From: Acutalibacteraceae bacterium | GTDB taxonomy: Bacteria > Bacillota > Clostridia > Oscillospirales > Acutalibacteraceae | Direction: 5' to 3' | Assembly (NCBI GenBank): GCA_045576915.1 | Contig: JAZNHK010000213.1 | Location: forward strand, 1 to 51,180 | Length of the DNA stretch: 51,180 nt | Part shown: positions 17,474-26,159 of the stretch, in pieces | How positions within the stretch are numbered: position 1 is the stretch's first letter | Layout: the number at the start of each line of letters is the position of its first letter | Notes under the pieces: generated by a model | Seen by the model: the letters and a program-made list of their open reading frames with translations, nothing else | What the model was told of the DNA's origin: nothing | Databases searched by the model: none | Program-made: the position numbers and the translations under genes

Positions 17474-19135
17474 TCAAAACACTGAACAATCCTCAAGATC
17501 AAATTCATAGGAATTCTTTTTACACCATTTCTTAAAGGCGGCATAAATGAATTCATTTGAATCGATACTTCGGTTATCCTTTAAATACGCCTGAATTATA
17601 TTATTGCTTTCGGTATCAACTTGTATAGCTGCAACATACTTCCCGAATTTCAAAACACCAACTACCGGAGTATCAAACTCTTCAGCACCTAAGCAGTTAT
17701 CAAGCTCTTGTCCTGCTATCAGATAGTCATTCATTGATTTCAACGGAGAAAAAACAAGACCATCCACCCGTTGCACAGGAATCCCTTCTGCTAAATCACG
17801 CTCGGGTATATTCAAAAAATACTGTGAAACGCCATTACCGAAACGCATACATCTGCAAGATGTCAGTTTAAGCCTTTCCTTTTCATCCTCTCTTTTTTTG
17901 TCACTCAACGATGCGTAAATCAAGGCATACTCGTTAACCGACTCGGGATAATCCGCCAGCATATTTTTAAAAGGAACATACAAATCCTCTTTGCAAATAT
18001 CCTCATATAATCTTGAAATTACAGGGAAATCGTGTAAAAAGCGTAAATTTGAAAACACGTGCTTATTATCCAAAAAAGCTCCAAAAAAATTAGGCTCTTT
18101 TCCCGTACATTCCCACAATTTTTCAAGTTCATCAACATAAAAGAACAATGCAGGATTTTTAAACATTTTCTTTCTGATTGATTTCATTTGTGGCAAAGAG
18201 GATTGTTGATAAAGGGATACAATATCATCACTAAAATGCAATTTTAAACTGATATCCTCAAATGATTCATCAATTTCCTTTGTTCCTCGTCTGTAGGGAA
18301 TATAAATATAAAACGAGGTATCCTCGTAACCTATGTATGCTGTTGCCAAAGAGAATGTATATATATCAAGCTGATATTCTCTGAAGGGTAAAGGCTTACC
18401 CCAGAATTCAGCAAAAAGCCTCTTCAGTTTCCTTTTTATCAAGACATTTTTAGAAAGTACATCAATAAGAGGACTTTCAAAATCACAGGCATCCACACCC
18501 ATAGTGATATCTCTTGACATCAAGGTGTTACCTGATAATGTTTTAAGCTCCAATACAGTAGTGCCTTTATTGAAATTGAAGGTTATATATTCACAAAGGG
18601 GAAATTCGTTAATGTTTAAATACTCTTCATTCCAGTTAACATGCACAATATCCCCTATACTCTTCAAAGGATATGAAACGATTACCTCTTCATCTGTTTT
18701 AGTAAATGTCACCAAAACTTTTGATTCATTGCATTTGGATTCAGCACCGCAATGCATACATTTAAAGGTATCTGATTCGGTAATAGGTTTATATAATGGT
18801 ATCACTTTATTACGGGTTTCGAAAAATGACATTGCCTCTTCCAACCACAAACTGGCATCATTTTTTGAAAATAATTTCTTGGGTTCATAATCTCCACGTA
18901 TAAAGTGCATATAAGCAGGGGTCTGCTGTCCACAATGAGGGCACACGACAAAATGTGACGTAAGCTTAACAACATCTTCATTTTTTAAAATTTCAATGCT
19001 TGTATATTTGAATTGATTATTTCCGGAAAGATTTGTGTTAAATGCTGTATAAACATCAACAACTGTAACTTCTTCACAAATTTTGCAGCCTCTGGGTACA
19101 GCAACTACTTCACAATTATTCTCCAACACACTCAC
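17474..19135 (-). CDS. Zn-ribbon protein with a PcfJ-like C-terminal domain. It is the last gene of the accessory operon.
   Basis: Three CxxC pairs are present: CKIC, CPHC and CMHC. The C-terminal stretch FSPLKSMNDYLIAGQELDNCLGAEEFDTPVVGVLKFGKYVAAIQVDTESNNIIQAYLKDN follows the PcfJ-domain pattern as I recall it. The gene starts 5 nt after the preceding gene. Confidence 0.45.
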   Translation of the reverse strand: MSVLENNCEVVAVPRGCKICEEVTVVDVYTAFNTNLSGNNQFKYTSIEILKNEDVVKLTSHFVVCPHCGQQTPAYMHFIRGDYEPKKLFSKNDASLWLEEAMSFFETRNKVIPLYKPITESDTFKCMHCGAESKCNESKVLVTFTKTDEEVIVSYPLKSIGDIVHVNWNEEYLNINEFPLCEYITFNFNKGTTVLELKTLSGNTLMSRDITMGVDACDFESPLIDVLSKNVLIKRKLKRLFAEFWGKPLPFREYQLDIYTFSLATAYIGYEDTSFYIYIPYRRGTKEIDESFEDISLKLHFSDDIVSLYQQSSLPQMKSIRKKMFKNPALFFYVDELEKLWECTGKEPNFFGAFLDNKHVFSNLRFLHDFPVISRLYEDICKEDLYVPFKNMLADYPESVNEYALIYASLSDKKREDEKERLKLTSCRCMRFGNGVSQYFLNIPERDLAEGIPVQRVDGLVFSPLKSMNDYLIAGQELDNCLGAEEFDTPVVGVLKFGKYVAAIQVDTESNNIIQAYLKDNRSIDSNEFIYAAFKKWCKKNSYEFDLEDCSVF

Positions 19136-19140
19136 TCCTT

Positions 19141-19830
19141 TTATTCAATAACAACAACATTGTTATAAAGTATTCTGATGTTATCACTTTCGTTTGCATA
19201 TTTATCCAAATGAAAATGACCTGCAAACCACTTCTTATACTCTACAGTAGTTCTTACATCATCAAGAAAATCTGTAAAATGCTTGTCAGGTTTGTCATCA
19301 ACATCGAAACCGAGCATTCTGATTACGGATGAGGGTAAGGTGTGGGTCATAATATAATCCACTTTGTTACCCACCTTCTCAAGGCTTGCTCTACCCTCAT
19401 TTATTTCATCCTGATTGGGAATCTCTTCATCCCAATAGGAAACATTACGAACTTTGAAACCACGGTCCACACTAAACGCTCCGCCGAAGGTAAAAAAGCT
19501 CTTTCCCTCTATATCAAAAACTTGTCCACGCATAAGGTGAATAATATTTGGGCGAATGCGATGAACCTTCCCTCCGTTCCACTCTTCAACGGGAAATTTT
19601 TTGGTGTCATTCAAAAGAGGAAATCGTTCATGGTTTCCGTCCAGAAACAGAATTGTGTACTTTCTTTCAGTAAGCTTTTCAAAATTGTCGTGGGCAAACT
19701 GAGAATCTGAAAAAAGGAACCCCCAGTCCCCACAAATTATCACGTAATCTTTTTCAGTCGGCTCAAACATCTCTTCAATATACTCGAATTTATCCAAGCC
19801 CCCGTGGGTATCTCCCGTAATAAAAAACAT
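19141..19830 (-). CDS. Calcineurin-like metallophosphoesterase
   Basis: All five motifs are present: ITGDTHG, CGDWGF, DGNHE, MTHT and GHFH. The start is set at the Met preceded by AAAGGAG, because the track ORF starts 7 codons earlier. Confidence 0.8.
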   Translation of the reverse strand: MFFITGDTHGGLDKFEYIEEMFEPTEKDYVIICGDWGFLFSDSQFAHDNFEKLTERKYTILFLDGNHERFPLLNDTKKFPVEEWNGGKVHRIRPNIIHLMRGQVFDIEGKSFFTFGGAFSVDRGFKVRNVSYWDEEIPNQDEINEGRASLEKVGNKVDYIMTHTLPSSVIRMLGFDVDDKPDKHFTDFLDDVRTTVEYKKWFAGHFHLDKYANESDNIRILYNNVVVIE

Positions 19831-19841
19831 AACGGCTCCTT

Positions 19842-21581
19842 TCAGGCACAAAAGCCTTTAATCTTTTTACTTTCAGTTACTTCATCATCTGAATACATTT
19901 CTTTGGCATAAAGCTTTACAAATTCTTCATTCACAACAATAGGTAACTGTTCGCCTTGTTCAATCTGAATATTGACCTCACCTAACAAATGCTCAATCTG
20001 CTGACCCATATTTCTTGCTCCGTAATCCTTTGTGGTTTTAGCAATTGCTAATAAACCATCCTTTGAAAAAACAACCTCGTCATCTGTAAAATTGTATTTT
20101 TTCATATACTTGGGAGCAATAAATTGTTCACCTACTTCAGCTTTTTTATTGAAATCGTATGCAGGTATAGTAAAAATATTACCACGGAACCTGTCTACGA
20201 TATGTTCACTTACACCACTCATATCGTTACAGGTAACAACGAATGTAAAACCATCTACCGGGCAATCATATTCACTGAATCGGTCCTGCAAAACTCTTCT
20301 GTCATCAAAGATACTGTCAAAAGCACTATGGGTATCACCTTCCTTAGTGTTATGTGCAATTTTATCAAGCTCATCCAACAGCACAAGCCCTCTGCCTCTT
20401 GCACGACGGATTTCCTCCAGAACAGTACCATGACGTGCACCATCATAAATTCTGTCGGCTCCCATAAGCTCAAGAGGACTTTTGTTTTTACAAGGAATTG
20501 ATATATATATCAGATGCAGACACTCTGCAATTCCTTTGGCTAAACTGCTTTTACCGGTACCGGGAGGGCCTAAAAGGACAAACACCGTTCCGGTAGTCCT
20601 GTTACGTGCTAACAAACGAATCTGACGGGCAATACCTTCAATGAGCTCATCATCTCCGTGGTGATATTTGCGAAGGATTGTGACGCACTCTTCGTACGAT
20701 GGTGGTTCAACATATCCATCAACATCTTCAAGACAGGTATGCAAAATATCAGAAAGAACCATACCTGCATCCTTACTGGACTTGCTACCTCCACGCATCT
20801 CTTTAATAAGAGATTTACATTTCACCCTTAATTCAGGTGAAAGAGAATTTTCGCAAAGGCTGAACATTGTCTGGAGAGCTTTGCTGTCAGTTAATACTTC
20901 CTTCGTGTTTGAAAATAATAATTCTTCTTCATTCTCTTCTACGATTTCTTTCTGAGCATTTTTCAGAATAAAATCCTTAATATCGGGTGAGCAATCAGCA
21001 AAATTTGAAATATTCGAAGCTCGGGAATCGAGATCCTCAAAAATAAAAAAGTATTTATATGTTTCAGGATGTACCAGACACAAAACGCTACCGGTAAGCT
21101 GCTGGGTATGTCTGTTTCTTTTGTATTCAAAAATACACTCGTAATCACCGGGTTCAACAACATCAAGTAAAGTAGAAGAATCGTTTATATCAGCATTAAA
21201 AATTCCTGCTGACTCGGCAAAAACATTTACCTTTGTACCTTTAAGATTTTTGACATCCTGAATATAAAGCGTTGTTGATGCAATATGTCTTCTGTATCTT
21301 TCATAAACCTCTTCAGGACTATAGCCGAAATCAGGGTCATCATCCAAATCAATTTCAAGAGTATCATCACTCACACTTGAATATGTATTAGAAGCAACAC
21401 GCTCAGTCACAACGTCGGTTTTATTTCCCACAATATTTTCATCCTTCTCAGAGTGCTTCGTATCAGCGTTTTTAAGCTCATCCCTTTTTTTATATTCAAT
21501 AAAAATCTCACCAACTGAAACAATATAGCTGACAAGCTTTGTAAAAGTACCAATCTTACGTTTTTTCTTTGAAACTCCCAT
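19842..21581 (-). CDS. Lon-type AAA+ ATPase without a protease domain, carrying a unique N-terminal region of about 300 aa
   Basis: Walker A is LLGPPGTGKSSLAKGIAE and Walker B is VLLDELDK. The segment is colinear with the LonA ATPase and lid (HHGDDELIEGI...FVVTCN...IVDRF...YGARNMGQQIE). The protein ends at residue 579 with no Ser-Lys peptidase domain. Confidence 0.7.
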   Translation of the reverse strand: MGVSKKKRKIGTFTKLVSYIVSVGEIFIEYKKRDELKNADTKHSEKDENIVGNKTDVVTERVASNTYSSVSDDTLEIDLDDDPDFGYSPEEVYERYRRHIASTTLYIQDVKNLKGTKVNVFAESAGIFNADINDSSTLLDVVEPGDYECIFEYKRNRHTQQLTGSVLCLVHPETYKYFFIFEDLDSRASNISNFADCSPDIKDFILKNAQKEIVEENEEELLFSNTKEVLTDSKALQTMFSLCENSLSPELRVKCKSLIKEMRGGSKSSKDAGMVLSDILHTCLEDVDGYVEPPSYEECVTILRKYHHGDDELIEGIARQIRLLARNRTTGTVFVLLGPPGTGKSSLAKGIAECLHLIYISIPCKNKSPLELMGADRIYDGARHGTVLEEIRRARGRGLVLLDELDKIAHNTKEGDTHSAFDSIFDDRRVLQDRFSEYDCPVDGFTFVVTCNDMSGVSEHIVDRFRGNIFTIPAYDFNKKAEVGEQFIAPKYMKKYNFTDDEVVFSKDGLLAIAKTTKDYGARNMGQQIEHLLGEVNIQIEQGEQLPIVVNEEFVKLYAKEMYSDDEVTESKKIKGFCA

Positions 21582-21605
21582 TATAAAAACCTCCTTTTAA
21601 CTGCT

Positions 21606-22679
21606 TCAAACCGCTTTTTCTTCATTTAAATATTTATCTATCAGTCTGTAATATTCCTTTACAGAGCTTTTTGCGTATTTAGCAGAATTTATCTCCGAAA
21701 CCTGAGTTATATATCCTATTAAATCCTCATCTGCCGAAACATAATTTTTAAAATCATCCTCATAGGCCTGAGAGTTTGAAAAAACAATCATATTCTTGTA
21801 TTTTGCATCTACGCTGTTAAATAATTCGACTTCATTATGCTCGTACGCATGAAAAATTTCGTGGCACAAGGTTTCCAATACATCCTCTGCCAGACTTGAT
21901 TCAATATGTCTGTGATTTATAACCACAGAATGTTCCTTATGGCTGTAATAGCCTAAAACTCCGTCATCCATAACTCCTGCTGACAGGTGTACTTTGTGAG
22001 GAATTCCAAGATAAGCCACTTCAATGTTCCGTATAACCTTCAACACCTCAAGTTTTTCATCTACAGAAAGCTTTTTCCAATCGTCCTCTCTCAGAAGCTT
22101 TACTGTATCAATATTATTTTTAACAGTCCATTGCTCTGCAGATTCGGAATTTGCACCCTCAAGTGCATAATCATCAGACTTTGCAAGTTGCACACCATAG
22201 ATAGAAAACAGAACTGAAACACCAAGAAGCACACAAGCTAAAGCACCTGCAATTGCCCTTATTCCATTAAGAGCAAAGCCCACTCTGTGTCTGACTATTC
22301 TTTTAGCATTTTGCTTGTTTTTGATTTTTTTAAAAACAACAATACAAAAATACAATGCTGACAAAACAACAATTACTGCTACAAAAGCACCTATGTATTT
22401 ATTATAGGCTGATGAATATGTAATTAAAAAATATGGAATATAAGCCAATGCAACATTAAAAACGACATTATATTCGTTTCTTTTTCTAGCCGGTGTTATT
22501 AAAGAAAATATAAACCAGATTACCTGATTACAACCAAAATACATCAGTTTTGATTTCATTACACTGGCACCGGGAATATGAACAAACAAGAAAACATAAT
22601 AAAGAGCACAAACCACAAAGGCTACATTTAAATGCCGCAAAAAATATTCGATATATGGCATACATTTTTTCTTTTTCAT
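21606..22679 (-). CDS. Polytopic membrane protein with a C-terminal HExxH (zincin-like) domain
   Basis: About five hydrophobic helices occupy residues 15-165. A soluble domain follows, containing GVLGYYSHKEHSVVINHRHI...TLCHEIFHAYEH. A GGAGG RBS precedes the start. Confidence 0.55.
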   Translation of the reverse strand: MKKKKCMPYIEYFLRHLNVAFVVCALYYVFLFVHIPGASVMKSKLMYFGCNQVIWFIFSLITPARKRNEYNVVFNVALAYIPYFLITYSSAYNKYIGAFVAVIVVLSALYFCIVVFKKIKNKQNAKRIVRHRVGFALNGIRAIAGALACVLLGVSVLFSIYGVQLAKSDDYALEGANSESAEQWTVKNNIDTVKLLREDDWKKLSVDEKLEVLKVIRNIEVAYLGIPHKVHLSAGVMDDGVLGYYSHKEHSVVINHRHIESSLAEDVLETLCHEIFHAYEHNEVELFNSVDAKYKNMIVFSNSQAYEDDFKNYVSADEDLIGYITQVSEINSAKYAKSSVKEYYRLIDKYLNEEKAV

Positions 22680-22726
22680 TTATTACGCCTCCTTATAATT
22701 ACCTAAAACGTAATGGTTACATCAGT

Positions 22727-23125
22727 TTATTCCTCTTCAGGATAAATCTCCAAAACCTCGTAACCCATATACTCACAATCTTCATCAGGTTCAACAAGCG
22801 ATTCTTTTGTAAAGTAAAAAAATTTAAGCTTCATATATACAGTTGCATTTATATTTTCATCACCGTACTTTTCAATAAAGCTGTCCAGAACAGCGCCGCT
22901 TAAATACAAATCAAAAAAAACGACTTTATCATTTTCATTGTCTATTACTTTGGCTGTCGCTCTTACTGTATCACCCGGTTTCATTTTAATTACCTTGGCC
23001 TCATCAATCCAAACTCTGATTAAACATCCCTTAATATGAACAGGTACTCTGTCAAGCTCTTTTCCGTTATATACTGCTGGTCTTAACTCCAACTTTTTAA
23101 CTTCCTTATAAAATGTTTTTTCCAT
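22727..23125 (-). CDS. Hypothetical 132-aa protein, the first gene of the accessory operon
   Basis: The start is chosen at MEKTFYKEV because a GGAGGA motif sits 8 nt upstream. I recognise no motif in the protein. Confidence 0.5.
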   Translation of the reverse strand: MEKTFYKEVKKLELRPAVYNGKELDRVPVHIKGCLIRVWIDEAKVIKMKPGDTVRATAKVIDNENDKVVFFDLYLSGAVLDSFIEKYGDENINATVYMKLKFFYFTKESLVEPDEDCEYMGYEVLEIYPEEE

Positions 23126-23283
23126 TTTTCTTTCCTCCATTTTAAATTTAAAAATGTACAAAACAGTTTGTTGATTCGTAGAAATAAAGTTTGTTTTTAG
23201 TCGAAAAAACAAAAACTCACATATCCCTGATTTTAAAAATAATACACGAAACTTCCAATTCTCAATTACTTACCACAAAAAAT

Positions 23284-23304
23284 TTATCACACTTGTTGTG
23301 ATAA
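23284..23304. promoter_or_regulatory. Perfect palindrome TTATCACA-N5-TGTGATAA upstream of the accessory operon, a candidate operator
   Basis: Read directly from the sequence. A third half-site-like TTTGTGAT follows immediately. The palindrome lies about 160 nt upstream of the 22727-23125 gene start. Confidence 0.5.
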
Positions 23305-23349
23305 TTTGTGATCGCTTTCAAAAAAACATTTTTCTTTATTGTTTTTCTT

Positions 23350-23619
23350 TTATAAGTAATCAAGATGAATACCGGCTTCAACTATACGTTTTAACATTTC
23401 GAACTTATTTTTAGCATCTTCTTTTTCTATGTTATTCAGTTCGTATAAATGAGGAATTTCTTCTTTTTTATTGTACTTAGCGAAATTAACCTCTTCCCCC
23501 GCTTCATAAACAATAACAATAAAATCATCGCAAGAATTGCTGATTTCAATGATCTTGATATATTCAGCGATATCACCATATCTGTTTACACATCTGAATA
23601 AGTTTGTAGGTTTATCCAT
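23350..23619 (-). CDS. Hypothetical 89-aa protein
   Basis: The start at MDKPTNLF is preceded by GGAGGTG. I recognise no motif in the protein. Confidence 0.45.
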   Translation of the reverse strand: MDKPTNLFRCVNRYGDIAEYIKIIEISNSCDDFIVIVYEAGEEVNFAKYNKKEEIPHLYELNNIEKEDAKNKFEMLKRIVEAGIHLDYL

Positions 23620-23765
23620 AAGTTCACCTCCCCTATAAATAATTATAAGAATGGCTTTTTCACCTCTCAATAACATTAAATATCAAAAAACTTTTCTTTT
23701 TGTGAAAAAGACTTGATTTTTAATAGATTATGTTATATTCTCAAAAAAGCAAAGGAGGTCGTATT

Positions 23766-25193
23766 ATGGGTAAATCTACAAAAAGCCAAAAAGGTTTATG
23801 TATATGGATGTGGCAATATTTTGTAAAGTTGGGAGTATCCCGCAGTTTTACAAAAACTATGCAACTTCTTTTCAATGTAGGAAGCGAAGAAACCGACAGA
23901 GGTTATCACACCCGTTTCAAACAAGACAGACTTCCTCAACACCTTTTTGATCCAAAACACGATTTGCTTTCATATTTTGAAAACACGTTATATTATAAAT
24001 TGAAAGAAAAAAATGGCGGTGACTTCGGTGAGCTGTACGCTATTTTATATAACAGTCTTCAATTATTAACAGGGGATGATTGTGACTACACTATCCCCGA
24101 CAGATTGAAAAAATCCAGTTCTATAGCACTGGATAGTTTAATTGATTATGTAAAAAGAAGAAACAGCTCAATTGACATTAATAGCAGTATTTTCTTCGCA
24201 CAACATTTATATAGTGTAATTTACTTTTTCGGTAAAGGCTTCTGTCCACCATCGAAGTCTGATGAAATATTCCAATTGGCTGATTGCAGAACAGAGCTGA
24301 TGGAACGCGTTATTCTGCCTTTTGGCTTATCCACAAAGCCCGGTATGTATCAGGTTATCAAGCTTGCCGAAGAGGGCAATCCCTTGGCATTGTATGAATG
24401 CAGCGGATTATATTATTATGGAATAATCTGCCCTGAGCCCAATTATCAGAAATCCTTTGATTATTGCCTTAGGGCAATAAAGGCAACTCCCCCTGCACCC
24501 ATAGCATTCTGGGATTATGGATATATGCTCTACAACTACAAAAGGCCGGGCACAGAGTTAGAAAATGCGTTTATTGCCCAATTGGAGTATATGGATCCTA
24601 TTGACAGAATCCGCTTAGCAATAAGCTATGAGCATAAGGCTGCTGCTTGCGGAATTGTTGCAGCATTCAATGTTCTTGGTAATATGGCAAATGACCCGAA
24701 TGTTCCTATGGAAATAAAAAAGGAATTCAACCTTACAGATCCCGAAAAGCTCTGGAAAAAAGCAGCTGACAACAATTACGTATTCTCTCTTGGCAACCTG
24801 AGTGAATTATATGAGCAACGTGCTTTAAAGGAAGAGAACCCTGAAAAGAAAAAAGAGCTTATGGATTTATCCTTTGATTACCTGATAAAGGCAGCAGACC
24901 AATATGGTGCATGGGCTAACAACACTCTGGGGTTGAAGTATTATAAAAAGAATCAATTTCCCGAAGCATATAATCACTTCAGCAGAGCAAAGACCGTCGA
25001 TTATATCTGGGGTTACTACAATCTTCTTGAAAAATACCATTTACCCTCTTATCTGACAGGAAATAGCCCATCATATCTGGATAAAGAAATCAAAATTGAA
25101 GATTTAATAAAGGTTTGCATAAACGCAAAAAACCAAGAAGTTGCCGAAAGAACAAAAGATTTATTAAAGAACCATCCTGAATTACTTAAATAA
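23766..25193 (+). CDS. Sel1-like/TPR repeat protein
   Basis: Repeats of the form AEEGNPLALYECSGLYYYG, AAACGIVAAFNVLGNM and AADQYGAWANNTLGLKYY are present. The start is set at the Met after AAAGGAGG. Confidence 0.6.
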   Translation: MGKSTKSQKGLCIWMWQYFVKLGVSRSFTKTMQLLFNVGSEETDRGYHTRFKQDRLPQHLFDPKHDLLSYFENTLYYKLKEKNGGDFGELYAILYNSLQLLTGDDCDYTIPDRLKKSSSIALDSLIDYVKRRNSSIDINSSIFFAQHLYSVIYFFGKGFCPPSKSDEIFQLADCRTELMERVILPFGLSTKPGMYQVIKLAEEGNPLALYECSGLYYYGIICPEPNYQKSFDYCLRAIKATPPAPIAFWDYGYMLYNYKRPGTELENAFIAQLEYMDPIDRIRLAISYEHKAAACGIVAAFNVLGNMANDPNVPMEIKKEFNLTDPEKLWKKAADNNYVFSLGNLSELYEQRALKEENPEKKKELMDLSFDYLIKAADQYGAWANNTLGLKYYKKNQFPEAYNHFSRAKTVDYIWGYYNLLEKYHLPSYLTGNSPSYLDKEIKIEDLIKVCINAKNQEVAERTKDLLKNHPELLK

Positions 25194-25210
25194 TTTTCAA
25201 ATTATTAGAG

Positions 25211-25253
25211 AAAAAAACCAAGAGCATTGCGATTGCAATGCTCTTGGTTTTTG
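25211..25253. terminator. Bidirectional intrinsic terminator
   Basis: A 13-bp perfect stem pairs CCAAGAGCATTGC with GCAATGCTCTTGG. It is flanked by an A-run and a T-run. Confidence 0.8.
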
Positions 25254-25264
25254 CTTTAGTCAAA

Positions 25265-26011
25265 TCAGATAACATTATTCTTTGCAATAATAGATGTTTT
25301 GCCATTGAACGAAAGCGGTTTGCCATCAAATGTTGTTACAACACCGCCTGCTTCCTCAACAAGCAATTTACCTGCTGCAAAATCCCATGGAGAAACCTGT
25401 AATTCAAAATACAGGTCGGCTCTGCCTGACGCAACAGAACACAAATCCAATGCCGCTGAACCACATCTTCTGATATCAAGGGCATCATTGAGATATTGTG
25501 CGGCAATCTGAAATGTTTTTTCAGAAAGAGTTTTATCATAAGGTGATGTACCAAACAAAACAAGAGCATTACTTAACGGTGCTGAAGAAACCTTTATTTT
25601 ATTGCCATTACAAAAAGCACCACAGCCCTTTATAGCATAAAAGATTTCATTGAGATAAGGATTATAAACAACACCTGCCTCAGGCTCGCCATCCTTCAAC
25701 AACGCCACAGAAATTGCACTTATGTGATAATCCTTAATAAAGTTTGTTGTACCGTCAATGGGATCAACAACAAAGGCATAGCCCTCTGATGTCAACTCAT
25801 CACTTGAGCCCTCTTCACCTATTAACTTTGCTTCTGGCAAAATCTTTTTCAAGCCCTCAAAAAGCTGTTTCTGAATTTTTGTATCATATTCTGTAACCAG
25901 ATCTGCAATACCTGACTTTGTATCAATCGCCATTTTTTCTCTATCGGCATTAAGTATTACCTTGCCACATTCTTTTACTAAATTACAAATTTCGTTTATT
26001 ATTTTCATCAT
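25265..26011 (-). CDS. Inositol monophosphatase-family protein
   Basis: The FVVDPIDGTTNF signature is present, and the length is about 248 aa from the MMKII start. Confidence 0.8.
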   Translation of the reverse strand: MMKIINEICNLVKECGKVILNADREKMAIDTKSGIADLVTEYDTKIQKQLFEGLKKILPEAKLIGEEGSSDELTSEGYAFVVDPIDGTTNFIKDYHISAISVALLKDGEPEAGVVYNPYLNEIFYAIKGCGAFCNGNKIKVSSAPLSNALVLFGTSPYDKTLSEKTFQIAAQYLNDALDIRRCGSAALDLCSVASGRADLYFELQVSPWDFAAGKLLVEEAGGVVTTFDGKPLSFNGKTSIIAKNNVI

Positions 26012-26159
26012 AAATCTATCACCAACATTTTTAATTATTGACATATTATATCAACAAAAATATTACTTTTCAATAAAAACTCTTTCTTTATTGAAAAGCT
26101 TTTACCAGAATGATATAATAGTATATTGATAATAAAATTATTAGCTAGGTTGTGAAACT

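Noticed and set aside
17474-25193. Integrated mobile element (ICE, prophage or transposon) as the explanation for the accessory block
   Set aside because: I recognised no integrase, transposase, relaxase or phage structural genes, and no flanking tRNA. The flanks share no convincing direct repeats, only a weak AGTCAA..TCA similarity. G+C content is like the surroundings. Mobility therefore cannot be supported from this window.
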